DNA from: a virus
Taxonomy: Duplodnaviria; Caudoviricetes
Reading direction: 5' to 3' (one strand)
DNA: 39,901 nt
Virus record (IMG/VR): IMGVR_UViG_3300036821_000055
Coordinates: 1 to 39,901 of that record
How positions within the stretch are numbered: position 1 is the stretch's first letter; every line of letters begins with the position of its first letter. The position numbers and the translations under genes were made by a program. The notes under the pieces were generated by a model, which was not told where the DNA came from, made no database searches, and worked only from the letters and a program-made list of their open reading frames with translations. Of the stretch, positions 9,301-17,921 are shown piece after piece.

Positions 9301-12300
9301 CGGTACTGCGCGGAGCGGTGCCGGTTCATGATGAAGGTGCCCGGCGGCACGTTCATCGGCACACTGTCGCGGCCCGGCCAGTGCACACCCTTGATGTGCC
9401 CGCCGTCGGCTTTTCCTTCCGGGTGCAGCAGGTTCTCCCAGAAACCTTTGTGCCCCGCGTCGCCGCCGCCTTCGGGGGTTTGGAAGCCCAGCTCCCCCAA
9501 CAGCCCTTTAAGGAACCCCGCCAGGACATCCGTGTGCGGCATCCCGCCTTCGGCCATGTGCTTCCAGAACGTGGCCGACGTTCCGGGCAGCCCCACATGC
9601 GGCGCCAGATGGGACGGCTCGTGATAGGACAGTGATGTTTTCGCCCCGCCGTGCAGCGGCCCCTCACCCAGCCCGCCGCCGGCGAAGCCGAACAGCTTCC
9701 GCAAAGATTTCCAGTGCCGCTCGCCGACGATGCGCTCCAGCAGCTGCCCGGCCGCGCCGCCTTGCTGATAGCCCACCGGGCCGCCGGCGCGCCAGTAGTT
9801 GTGGCCGTAGGAATCCCGCTGGCGCTGCCACGCCGCCCACGCGCCGCTCGGGGTGCCGTAGCCGTGCCCACCCTGTGCCGTGGGTTGGAGAATGTAGCGC
9901 ATGGCGGCGACGGCCTGCGTGTAGGGGTCAGCCGAAGCCGTCATACCCACTGTGGGCCAGGTGGTGGACAGGAATTGGAAGATCCCCCTGGCGTCGGAGT
10001 CGGGTCCCATCGTGCCGCGGCCCGGGTCCCAGGTGTCGTTCTCGTGGTTGACCAGCGCGACCAGCGACGGCCATTCGGAGTCAGGGAATCCCGCCTCTTT
10101 GAACGCCTGGTATATCGCGTTGTGCACCGCGGGCGATCCACCGCTGTAGGCGGCGGGCGGCGCGGTGGCCGACGCGGTGTGATACTGCGTCGGCGCCCGG
10201 GGCAGCGACACGATCTGCGGACCCTCCGGGTCGCCGCCGTCGGCCATCCCGACCAGCCCGCCGGACGCATAGTTGCCGTGAGCCTGCCAGTACTGCCACG
10301 CCGACGATGGCGACCCGCCCCGGCGGGCCTTGACGTAGTTCAGCATCGCCGCGATCTGCTGATACGGGGTCAGCGCCTGCGCTGCGGCGACGCTGGTGAC
10401 CTGCGGGAACGGGCCGTAGGTGCGGTAGTTGGACAGGGTCAGCTGGCCCAGCCCGACCGAGTTGTCACCGGACTGCGCGTTGATGTCGGTGTAGTTGGTG
10501 TTGGTCGGGTTCCAGCTGGATTCCCTGCTGATGATGTTGGACAGCGGCGCGAATTCGCTTTGCGGGAAACCACCGGCCAGCATGTGCTTCCAGTAGGACG
10601 CCGACGTTCCCGGCAGCCCGACATGCGGCGCCAAATGGCTCGGCTCGTGATAGGACAGCGACGTTTTCGCGCCGCCATGCAGCGGCCCCTCACCGAGCCC
10701 GCCGCCGCCGGCCATCTGAACGAAGCCGCCGGTCACCAGCGCCTGCATCGCCTGATCCTGAACGGGTCCGCCCGGCCCAGCGGCCGGCGACGCGCCGGCG
10801 CCGCCGGGCAGCGTCTCACCCGGCTGCAAGGACAGCTTCACCGGGATGTCGAGGCCCTCGCTGCCCTGAAACTTCGACGGGATACCCACCCCGTCCATCA
10901 CATCCGACGCGCTCTTACGGTCGGCGTCCTTCACGTCCAGGTTGGTGGGCAGCGACACCCCCGGCTGGGTGACACCCGCCTCAACCACATCGCCCTGATA
11001 TTTGTCGGGGATACCGGCCCGGCCCATCGTGTCGGCCTCGGTCATCGGCTGCGGGCTCACCACGTTGATCCCCGCCGGCAGCGCGATCTGCCCGCCGGCG
11101 CCGCCCTGCATGTTCGCCGGGACCCCCGCCATGTCCAGCACAGTGCCGCCGGCCTCGAACGCCTGCGCGTTCATCCAGTCCAACGTCGAACCGAACCGCT
11201 GCGACGCGGCCAGGTTCATCACCTTCTCACCCGCGGTCGCCCAGATCGGCACCCGGTCGGTGCCGCCCGGACCGCCCACGGTGCCGCCGTGCTGGAAAAC
11301 GCTCCATCCCGGCGCCAGCCCCAACAGATGCTGCTTGATCTGCTCCGCGAGGTACGCCCCCAACACCTGCGGGCCGGCCTCCAGGGATTCCAGCCAGCCG
11401 GGACCGCCGGGCTCCCCCGGCTTCGGCTCGGGCGGCTTGGGGCCCTCGCCGGGCTTCGGCTCTCCGACGGGCGCACCGGTTTCCGGGTCAAATTTGTATT
11501 TCAGGTGCAAGATGCCGTCCGGGCCCAACAGCTGCGCCAGCTCCGGCGGCATACCCAGATGGTTCTGGACGTATTCCTGGATGCCCTCCACCGGCGGGCC
11601 CTCGACGGTGAACTTGATCTTCCCGCCGAACTTGCCGAACGCCTCCGGGCCGAGCCGGGTGGAAAGGTACTGCTCCAAAACCTCCAAATCGTGCTGGCTG
11701 GCGGCGGCGAACCCGTGGATCTTGCCCTGCGGGTCGATGTCGGCCTTGATGTGCATCGCGTCGAGTTCCGCCCGAACAGCCTCGATCGCTTTTGCGCGTT
11801 CCTCGGGAGCGGCCTCGGGGGCGATCACCAAGTCCTCGCCGACCCCCTTCAACGTGTCCTGAATCTTGGACACCTCGCCCGGCTTCATCGACACATCGAC
11901 GCGGAACGCCGACCAGATCGCCCCCGCCTCTTTGCTGTGCTCGATGAGCTGGCCCAGCGGTCCCTCGAGGCCCTCAATCTTGTGGCCCAGAAAGTCCACG
12001 ACATCCGCGGCGGCATTGAAACCCGGGGTCATATCGGTGTCGCGCAGGTGCTGCAGGCTCGGGCGGGCCGCGTTCGCGGCCTCCTGAATGTCTTTGAGCG
12101 CACCCAGCCCGGGCTGCAGAGCTTCCAGGAAACCCCGCGACAGGGGCTTGGTCCACACCAGCAGCCCGGCGACGTTGGAGTTGACTTGCTGGATGACGTC
12201 GACTGTCAGGTCTTTGATGAATTCGATCGCGGGACCCATGATCCGCAGCGCGCTGGCCATGAACCCGGCGATCTTGGCGCCCCATTCCAGCAGCTTCTCC

Positions 12301-14882
12301 CCGATCCCCCCGATCATTGCGATGAATGTGGCCTGATGTTTCTGCAGCCAGTCAGTCAGGTGCTGGCCGGTCTCGGTGAGTTTGCCGACCAGCGCCTCCC
12401 CCAGCGGCGCCAACGCGCCCTGCACCGTATTGGACAGCTGCTCCATGACGTCGCTGAGGTCCTTGGTGACGTTCAGGGCCGCCTCGAACGGCTCGGTCAG
12501 GGCCCTGGCGTTCTTGTTGAACTGGTCGACCAAGGCTGCGTGGGTGGGAATGATGCCGTGCTCGATCTGGTGCACGAAGTTCTCGGCGGCCTTGGCCCCC
12601 AAGCCGAACGTCTCCACGAACGCGGTGGCGCCCGCGCGCCCCTCCCTGGTCGCCAGGTCGTAGGACTGCACGATCGCGACCAGGTCCTCCATCGGCATGT
12701 GCGCCGCGTTCAGCTGCTCGGTCAGGTGGCTGAACGCGAACGAGTAGCGGCCCAGCGCCGGCTTGCCCAGCTCCTTGTTGAGCTCGCCCATCATCAGCGC
12801 GCTGTCCTGGGCGTCGAGGCCCAGCGACTGGAAAGCCGGCGACATCAGGTCCAGGTCGCGCAGCAGCTCGTTGATGTCGGCGCCGGTCATCCGGGCGATG
12901 TTGACGAACTTGATCAACAGTCCGTTCATCTCTTCGGCGGGCACGTTGAACGAGTTGAACGCCGCGGTCAGGTTGTCGACGTTGATCTTGGTGTCACCTA
13001 AAAGCTCGTTGCCCTCGGCCAGGGTGGTCGCCAGCTGGGTCAGCTGGTCGCGGGTCAGGGTCGCACCGCTGGCCATGTTCGTCAGCCGCTGCGACAGTTC
13101 CCCCACCACGCTGGCGACATCCTTGAAATGCACCAGGTCACCGGACGACGCGATGTCACGCACCACATCCAGGTAGTCCCGCAGATGCTCAATGCCCAGC
13201 GTCTGCCCGGCGATGGTGCGCGCGGTCTCCTGCCAGGCGTTGCCGATGCCCATCAGCACGTTGGCGAACTGCCCGGCGATCGACGTGTACGCTTCAATGC
13301 CGGCGAATACGCCCTCAATCGCCTGCTGGGCCTCCTGGCCGACCGCCTTGAACGCCTGCCCGATGATCGGGATGTGCCCGACCGTCATGTCGATGCCCGT
13401 GTTGATCGCGGCCAGCGGGGTTTCTATCGCCGCCTTCGTGGTCTGGCTGATCACCCCGAACGCCGCCTGGAAGTCAGGCACCTTGCCCTGAACCACCGCC
13501 GCGAAGGCGCCCATCGCGGTCTCGGCGGCGTCCTTGGCGACGTTGCCCCACGTCTTGAACTCCCTGTTCACGAACTCGAAGGCGTGCTGCATGTTGTCGA
13601 CCATGATCTTGGCGACCACCGCGGAAGCCTCGGCCAGCGGCAGCACCCACGCCGCGGCCGCCGCTCTGGCCGCCCCGCTCGCGGCCGCCTCCCCAGCCGC
13701 GCCCAGCCCGGGGAGCTCTTTGCTCGAATAGACCTGGGCACCCGGACCCATCTGCGCGGTCACTTCGGCGAGTTTCAGCACTTCGCCGCGCAGCTCGCTG
13801 ATCTTCTCGACGCCGCTCTGCGCGCCCTGGCTCAACTGCGCGAACAACCGCTGGAAACCGGGAAGGATCATCCCCGCCACCGACGATAAATCCTGTATAG
13901 CCGGGTGGCTGCGCAGCCTGGCGCCGAAACCACCACCGAGCGCATCCGCCATCTGCGTGCCGATGTAGCCGAACCGTTGCGTCCACTCCGGTGCGAACTG
14001 CTCGAAGCGCATCTGAGAATTGATCTTCGGCAGCGCCTCCCTAAACGACTGCCCGTAAATCTCCGACGCCGCGTCACCTGCCTGGCCCCACAGAATCTTC
14101 AGCGTGTCCATGAACTGCGCGTAGTCGGCGATCATCCCCTGCGCGCGTTCCTGGAAACCGTAAGTGAGGCTCGCGGTAAACGACTCGTTCGCCATCCGGC
14201 CCATCCGGCTGAACTGGTCGGTGTACATCGGCGCCAGCTGCTCGAACCGCTGAACCGCCAGGAACTCCTGCGCCCGCTCGGAGAAGCCCTTGCCGAACCC
14301 GGCCCCGCCCTCCTCCCCCGCCCTGATCAGCTGCGGCGTGGTCGCGGTCCCCACCATCTGCGCGACCTCGCGGAAGCTGCCCGCCATCTCCCCGCCCAGG
14401 GTGCTGCGGAAAGTCCTGCCCATTTGACGGGCACCCTCATCGAACTGCACCCGCATCGCGTCGCCGGCGGCTTTGACCTGCTCGACCAGCGGCCCCCGGA
14501 TCGCCGCCACCTCCGGCGCGACATCAGACGTCAACGCCTTGGCCATCATCTGACCGATGTTTTGACGGCTGATCTCCGAACCGAAAGCCCGGGCGTACAT
14601 CTGCGCGGCTTCCCGCGCCGCCGATTCAGCCGCCGCGGCGCTGGCCATCGCCGACGTGAACGCGCCCTGCAAACCGGAAATCTGCGCGCCCGCCGACCGC
14701 ACCGCCTGACCCATGCTCGCCGACAACGCCGCGCTCATCGGCGCGGCGACAGACTCATTGAAACTATTGGTGAACCCGACCGCGGCTTGGCGGCCGATCT
14801 CCTCCATCTGCCGGTAAATACCGGCAGCAGACGCCGCTACATCAACCCACGAAACGCCCTCACCAGCACCCGGCGCGGACAT
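6342..14882 (-). CDS. Tape measure protein with two lytic-transglycosylase-like domains and a motif-3-type hydrolase domain
   Basis: 2846 aa; Ala/Gly-rich helical N-terminal part; follows the tail chaperones; IISRESSWNP...GLGQL and LVNHENDTWDP...GIFQF motifs; TYAGHQE...NHGIDW motif. Confidence 0.95.
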   Translation of the reverse strand: MSAPGAGEGVSWVDVAASAAGIYRQMEEIGRQAAVGFTNSFNESVAAPMSAALSASMGQAVRSAGAQISGLQGAFTSAMASAAAAESAAREAAQMYARAFGSEISRQNIGQMMAKALTSDVAPEVAAIRGPLVEQVKAAGDAMRVQFDEGARQMGRTFRSTLGGEMAGSFREVAQMVGTATTPQLIRAGEEGGAGFGKGFSERAQEFLAVQRFEQLAPMYTDQFSRMGRMANESFTASLTYGFQERAQGMIADYAQFMDTLKILWGQAGDAASEIYGQSFREALPKINSQMRFEQFAPEWTQRFGYIGTQMADALGGGFGARLRSHPAIQDLSSVAGMILPGFQRLFAQLSQGAQSGVEKISELRGEVLKLAEVTAQMGPGAQVYSSKELPGLGAAGEAAASGAARAAAAAWVLPLAEASAVVAKIMVDNMQHAFEFVNREFKTWGNVAKDAAETAMGAFAAVVQGKVPDFQAAFGVISQTTKAAIETPLAAINTGIDMTVGHIPIIGQAFKAVGQEAQQAIEGVFAGIEAYTSIAGQFANVLMGIGNAWQETARTIAGQTLGIEHLRDYLDVVRDIASSGDLVHFKDVASVVGELSQRLTNMASGATLTRDQLTQLATTLAEGNELLGDTKINVDNLTAAFNSFNVPAEEMNGLLIKFVNIARMTGADINELLRDLDLMSPAFQSLGLDAQDSALMMGELNKELGKPALGRYSFAFSHLTEQLNAAHMPMEDLVAIVQSYDLATREGRAGATAFVETFGLGAKAAENFVHQIEHGIIPTHAALVDQFNKNARALTEPFEAALNVTKDLSDVMEQLSNTVQGALAPLGEALVGKLTETGQHLTDWLQKHQATFIAMIGGIGEKLLEWGAKIAGFMASALRIMGPAIEFIKDLTVDVIQQVNSNVAGLLVWTKPLSRGFLEALQPGLGALKDIQEAANAARPSLQHLRDTDMTPGFNAAADVVDFLGHKIEGLEGPLGQLIEHSKEAGAIWSAFRVDVSMKPGEVSKIQDTLKGVGEDLVIAPEAAPEERAKAIEAVRAELDAMHIKADIDPQGKIHGFAAASQHDLEVLEQYLSTRLGPEAFGKFGGKIKFTVEGPPVEGIQEYVQNHLGMPPELAQLLGPDGILHLKYKFDPETGAPVGEPKPGEGPKPPEPKPGEPGGPGWLESLEAGPQVLGAYLAEQIKQHLLGLAPGWSVFQHGGTVGGPGGTDRVPIWATAGEKVMNLAASQRFGSTLDWMNAQAFEAGGTVLDMAGVPANMQGGAGGQIALPAGINVVSPQPMTEADTMGRAGIPDKYQGDVVEAGVTQPGVSLPTNLDVKDADRKSASDVMDGVGIPSKFQGSEGLDIPVKLSLQPGETLPGGAGASPAAGPGGPVQDQAMQALVTGGFVQMAGGGGLGEGPLHGGAKTSLSYHEPSHLAPHVGLPGTSASYWKHMLAGGFPQSEFAPLSNIISRESSWNPTNTNYTDINAQSGDNSVGLGQLTLSNYRTYGPFPQVTSVAAAQALTPYQQIAAMLNYVKARRGGSPSSAWQYWQAHGNYASGGLVGMADGGDPEGPQIVSLPRAPTQYHTASATAPPAAYSGGSPAVHNAIYQAFKEAGFPDSEWPSLVALVNHENDTWDPGRGTMGPDSDARGIFQFLSTTWPTVGMTASADPYTQAVAAMRYILQPTAQGGHGYGTPSGAWAAWQRQRDSYGHNYWRAGGPVGYQQGGAAGQLLERIVGERHWKSLRKLFGFAGGGLGEGPLHGGAKTSLSYHEPSHLAPHVGLPGTSATFWKHMAEGGMPHTDVLAGFLKGLLGELGFQTPEGGGDAGHKGFWENLLHPEGKADGGHIKGVHWPGRDSVPMNVPPGTFIMNRHRSAQYRDVIDQIMGVGMAAGGIPIITEPGERVIPPGAAPPGLLHAMNQGQLLRRAAGGQTGVLQVIYNPPGTQEYYGEAAPYGAVGPGTTQPQYYNADWSGHHGHVHTSFETGPSGEPYGVPVGSELHSPAMSGFPAWVHELGAKYGVFGTTYAGHQEHGGKNHGIDWWPVGANQDMSGASYTPEQTNRLRTFASAMRSAGAGSGAAWGSGFSATSTSTYGASTATGGGGFSWAAVRARLKSILPAWLSSALGLQMGGIASQMGGVVPSPFGGPVGGDGPAPVTEPPPPGIEKLIVPAGTPGAIPTPWGLVQFSFDFPDRGAGLGLSAGERKKLDDWIDKYRKALQTGANDLTNVHQLELEHATAAGRLAAAQDKMTKLLTPGALPESITAPVLADPKLKQEFMERGAMLEATKEYNAALADETRTSKALTKANQDLEDNRIKQNLDIEAAPKESKKVTPDENAAAMGAGLIKGMAQELGFGDVFAKPPWQWGIWKLFAGGASWGLNLLNQIGDQQGGTPTGAAAVSGLGVSGLGAATGAPGQAPGPGQPGAQADAQGVYTTPSGEKDAPNPGYKYKWKDDWVYDAKLKQWFPPQSPGGKAAAAAAAGKPADQGDQGGGPLDPKTHGGASWIFKDGHRYLADASGKQIPGREFDPTTGKEITGAPPPPAPGPQKPPGAMDVPPGHHYEQSPQGPVLKEGPPAPGFQPWEASPPGGGQQVVPVTPVAPQGAGPSASPAPSPSPSAAPPPPGFVGGGDNVIARSTTGAPIVVSRDLAQRQGLPILRDANPQESQSGVATPEATPGAGRSGPSGPAGPDWRYPGSTDVFGAPAASYRPPREPYGGDEQGNAAPGSGGGGGEGIFGLLQGLKKSFGTTGGGAPSGPGGAPGRGGGFAGIMDELMHPARNAILQARAEGRLGPAPLANVTSWLGASQGAPQTGAMTGLNLGGGGGPTLNLTQNLDPKPGDDAKKFVQSSYNDFNRAPQLSGGAPQP
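9555..9682. repeat. Copy B of a ~130-bp internal duplication in the tape measure gene
   Basis: Encodes GGGLGEGPLHGGAKTSLSYHEPSHLAPHVGLPGTSATFWKHM; near-identical to 10581-10710. Confidence 0.95.
10581..10710. repeat. Copy A of a ~130-bp internal duplication in the tape measure gene
   Basis: Encodes GGGLGEGPLHGGAKTSLSYHEPSHLAPHVGLPGTSASYWKHM; differences from copy B are mostly at third codon positions. Confidence 0.95.
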
Positions 14883-15298
14883 CAGATCGTCCTGACCCTC
14901 GTCGCACCCGGCTTAGCCTTCGCCGCCTTCGCATACCGCGCCTTATCCCGCCGGTCGGCCTCCTCCCAGGTGATCACCTCAGCCGGGAAGAACCGCGTCG
15001 ACGCCGTCGGATCATCGGGCCGCTGCGCCACACCGGGCCGCGGATACGGCTCCCCCAGCGTGGCGACCCCCGCCCGCAGCTCCTGCTGATTCGCCAACAG
15101 GTGATCAGTTTTCGTCCACCCGTCATCCAGCCAATGCCGCACCGACGACCCCGGCGGCGCGCCCACCACAATCGACACCATGTCGGCTAACGACAACGTC
15201 GTGAACATGTCGTCGGTGCGGTAGCCCAACGCGATCACATCGCGGACCAGGGCGTGCCAGCACTCGCCCACGACGTGTGCCAGCATCAGGATTCCCCC
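14882..15298 (-). CDS. Tail assembly chaperone, post-frameshift (gpT-like) segment
   Basis: The -1 frame reads GILMLAHVVGECWHALVRD...WTKTDHLLA...PYPRPG, typical of mycobacteriophage long chaperone C-termini. Confidence 0.85.
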   Translation of the reverse strand, partial: GGILMLAHVVGECWHALVRDVIALGYRTDDMFTTLSLADMVSIVVGAPPGSSVRHWLDDGWTKTDHLLANQQELRAGVATLGEPYPRPGVAQRPDDPTASTRFFPAEVITWEEADRRDKARYAKAAKAKPGATRVRTI

Positions 15299-15846
15299 GG
15301 CGGCCCCACTTGCGTCTGCGGTTGCACAGCCGGCGTGAACCAGCCCGTGAAAAACCTGGCCTGCTCCGCGTCGGGCAAAAGCGCCACCCGCTCCTGGACC
15401 GGGTCGGGCACCTTGGCGAGATCCATCCATTCGAAACTCTGATTAAGCTGATCGGATTTACGCATCTTCCACAAAAAGTGATACGTCGGCCGCACCGTCG
15501 TGATCAGCGGAAACACGATCGGCTCATCCCCCGCCGGCGTCCCCGCCACCGGGGTGAACACATACAGCTCCGCGTCGGTGTACCGATCCCCCTCACTACC
15601 GTCGGCGTTGAAATGCACATACGAATGCACCCACCGCGACTTCACCGGCTCCGGCGTCGTCGTCGGCACAAACTCCGCTGGCGGCGGCACATCCTCACGC
15701 GGCGAACTCAACTCCGGCGGCGGGAACGGCACCAACTCCGGCGCCGCCCCGTTAACCGAAGAACCATTCGTGCCAACACGTTTCGCCGGTGGCCGCTTCG
15801 CCGTCGCCTTACGTGCCGGCGGCTTACGCTTAACCGTCGTCGTCAC
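15286..15846 (-). CDS. Tail assembly chaperone (gpG-like)
   Basis: Lies between major tail and tape measure; ends FFTGWF...PPGES at the slippery site. Confidence 0.88.
   Translation of the reverse strand: MTTTVKRKPPARKATAKRPPAKRVGTNGSSVNGAAPELVPFPPPELSSPREDVPPPAEFVPTTTPEPVKSRWVHSYVHFNADGSEGDRYTDAELYVFTPVAGTPAGDEPIVFPLITTVRPTYHFLWKMRKSDQLNQSFEWMDLAKVPDPVQERVALLPDAEQARFFTGWFTPAVQPQTQVGPPGES
15292..15298 (-). other. Programmed -1 frameshift slippery site GGGGGAA
   Basis: Minus strand reads CCG GGG GAA TCC TGA at the end of the chaperone gene, and the -1 frame stays open to 14882. Confidence 0.85.
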
Positions 15847-16442
15847 GTCGTGATGCCGTCATTCCAGTACTCATACGCGTGGTTGTTGTACAAGTCGGGG
15901 AACGGACGCAACGTCAAATCGTAAGACGCCAACTCCTTGTGCACCCACTTCAACGGGCCCACCAACGTGATCCGCCCGTAAGGCACCACCAGCCGCATCG
16001 ACATCTTCAAGTAGTAGGCGTCAATCACCCACGACCCGTAATCCAACAGCTGCGCGTTCATCTTCGAGGAGATCAACGTGCCGGTCGACGCGGTCGGCGG
16101 GGTCACCGTCACGTTGTCCTGACCGTGAGCCGCCTTCTGGACGTCGGCATTCATTAGCTGAAGCAGCTTGAACTTCAACGTGATCCCGTACTTGTCCTGC
16201 AAGATCGCGATCAAGTCACCGCCCCAGTCATTCACTTCGGTGTTGGGGCGTTCCTCAGTACGGTCGACACCATCAACCGACACGCGGCCCAGCGTGATGA
16301 ACGCCGGATCGAGCGCGGTGGTGGCATCAGTGGGAAGCGTGGTGCCCAAAGGTGCGACGAGCACGCCGCCAGTCACTTTAGGACTGGGCGCGGCAATCTC
16401 CTGAGCAACGCTAACGATCGTGGGTGGCAATACAGTCGTCAT
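15843..16442 (-). CDS. Major tail (tube) protein
   Basis: AGGAGGA RBS before ATG 16442; GGVLVAPLGTTLPTDA...LGRVSVDG...DWGGD motifs of actinophage tail tube proteins. Confidence 0.93.
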   Translation of the reverse strand: MTTVLPPTIVSVAQEIAAPSPKVTGGVLVAPLGTTLPTDATTALDPAFITLGRVSVDGVDRTEERPNTEVNDWGGDLIAILQDKYGITLKFKLLQLMNADVQKAAHGQDNVTVTPPTASTGTLISSKMNAQLLDYGSWVIDAYYLKMSMRLVVPYGRITLVGPLKWVHKELASYDLTLRPFPDLYNNHAYEYWNDGITT

Positions 16443-16476
16443 CTGATGTCCTCCTGCTAGCGGGGATGACGACGCG

Positions 16477-16516
16477 ATAATGAATCGGCCACGGCAACTA
16501 ACCGCGCAGGACACGC
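16477..16516 (-). promoter_or_regulatory. Putative late promoter for the major tail operon: GCGTGTC-N27-CATTAT
   Basis: Same motif and spacing as upstream of the capsid gene. Confidence 0.6.
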
Positions 16517-16533
16517 CGAGGCGCTCTTTCATG

Positions 16534-16547
16534 TACTATTCATTGCC
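16534..16547 (+). promoter_or_regulatory. Putative -10 box TACTAT for a leaderless HNH transcript
   Basis: TANNNT 8 nt before ATG 16548 with no RBS; GACAC 19 nt upstream of the box. Confidence 0.45.
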
Positions 16548-17165
16548 ATGGCAAACAGCGAAAACTGCTGCGTACCAGGTTGTTTCAAGCCAAGCCGTCG
16601 GCGCGGTTTTTGCGGGATGCATCACTCCCGCGTCCTCAGGTACGGCTCCCCCGGGCCCGCGAGAATGATTGGCAAGTGGGCGAGCCTGGAGGATCGGCTG
16701 ACCAACGGCGTCGCGATGGGCGGTGTGCCCGAGCACAACCCGGAATTAGGGCGGTGTCATCTGTGGTGCGGCACCATCAACAACCACGGCTACGGCACCA
16801 TCGGGGACGGCTACAAGGTGTTGAAGGTGCACCGACTGGTGTGGGAGCGGACGTACGGGCCGATCCCCAAGGGCCGCCAGATCGACCACCGCTGCTTTGT
16901 GCGGCATTGTGTGCGCCCCGATCATCTGCGGCTGGCGACGAACAAGCAGAACCAGGAGCACCACAACGGCCCGAGCCGCCGCAGCAGTTCGGGTGTGCGC
17001 GGCGTGTACGCGAACCATAATCATTGGATGGTTAAGGTCAGGCACTACGGGAAGCTGATCTATTTCGGGACCTACCGCACACTGGAGGAAGCTGAGAAGG
17101 TGGCGGTCGCGCGGCGTAATGAGTTGCATACTCATAACGACGCCGATCGAAGGGAGGCGTCGTGA
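16548..17165 (+). CDS. HNH homing endonuclease with an AP2-like C-terminal domain
   Basis: CHLW...GYG...VHRLVW...IDHRC...CVRPDHL...N HNH core; SGVRGV...W...YFGTY..LEEA AP2-like tail; N-terminal C-x4-C...C-x2-H. Confidence 0.93.
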   Translation: MANSENCCVPGCFKPSRRRGFCGMHHSRVLRYGSPGPARMIGKWASLEDRLTNGVAMGGVPEHNPELGRCHLWCGTINNHGYGTIGDGYKVLKVHRLVWERTYGPIPKGRQIDHRCFVRHCVRPDHLRLATNKQNQEHHNGPSRRSSSGVRGVYANHNHWMVKVRHYGKLIYFGTYRTLEEAEKVAVARRNELHTHNDADRREAS

Positions 17166-17356
17166 AGATCACCGTGGCGGTGGAGATTGGTGAGCGGACC
17201 GTCGTCGAGCAGATGACCACCAAAGAGGACTTCCGGGGGGACTACCGGGCGGCGATCACCGAGGCGGTGACCCGTATCGAGCTGTCCACGTTCGGCCCGC
17301 AAATGGCTGAGGGCAACTCCTTCGACGAGCAGTTGAAGATGCGTCCCCAGTCTTAG
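17162..17356 (+). CDS. Small hypothetical protein coupled to the HNH gene
   Basis: GTGA overlap with the HNH stop, GGAGG RBS, 64 aa. Confidence 0.65.
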   Translation: MKITVAVEIGERTVVEQMTTKEDFRGDYRAAITEAVTRIELSTFGPQMAEGNSFDEQLKMRPQS

Positions 17357-17919
17357 CGGCGCCGGGTGGGGGTGGAGGCGTTGGGTGTCCGTGTCTGGAC
17401 ACCGGGGGTCGGTGGTGGGGCTGCGGGTGTGACTAGCCGCGGCGCGAGGGCGCCCACCGGTAGGGGTGGTAGTCCGGGGATGCGCCAGGTGACCATGGCG
17501 CGGTAGCGGGTCATGTTGACGTAGGGGTCGGCTTTGCGGACGACGTTGCCGGTGCAGCGGGAGTAGGTGATGTACCATTCGTCGCCGTTGGGCATGGGTT
17601 GGGTGTAGCCGGCGGCGTCGGCGCCCCAGGTGAGGGCGTCATTGATGAGTTGTTCGGCCAGGTATTCGTCGGTGTTGTTGGCGTAGGCGTGCAGGATGAT
17701 GGCGACGTCCCAGAGTAGGAGTTCGCCGCGTAGAGTGCCGCCGCCGGCTTCGACGCGGAGGAACCCGTTGATGGTGTCGGCGGTTTTGGAGGGTTGCGGC
17801 GCGCGGGTGGAGCATGGGGTGGGTGCCACCAGCGGGCCGAAGTACGCCTTGGCCAAGGCTTCGGTGGGAGGTGGGCGGACGGCGGCGCGGGGCCGGATCA
17901 GGTTAGGCGGCTGGGTCAT
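17353..17919 (-). CDS. Tail terminator
   Basis: Position before the major tail; FLRVEAGGG...LHAYA...DP..NMTRYRAMVTW pattern. Confidence 0.8.
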   Translation of the reverse strand: MTQPPNLIRPRAAVRPPPTEALAKAYFGPLVAPTPCSTRAPQPSKTADTINGFLRVEAGGGTLRGELLLWDVAIILHAYANNTDEYLAEQLINDALTWGADAAGYTQPMPNGDEWYITYSRCTGNVVRKADPYVNMTRYRAMVTWRIPGLPPLPVGALAPRLVTPAAPPPTPGVQTRTPNASTPTRRR

Positions 17920-17921
17920 AG

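Noticed and set aside
9651-13001. 1116-aa plus-strand ORF and other long plus-strand ORFs (626-2320, 8232-9635, 13905-15089, 22838-24778, 28974-30188)
   Set aside because: Antisense shadows of high-GC genes; Arg/Gly/His-rich with no motifs
16279-16285. Other GACACGC/GCGTGTC copies inside coding regions (also near 14102, 21481, 26314)
   Set aside because: Inside genes rather than at gene starts; the copy checked at 16279 has no -10 at 26-27 nt, so these are treated as background
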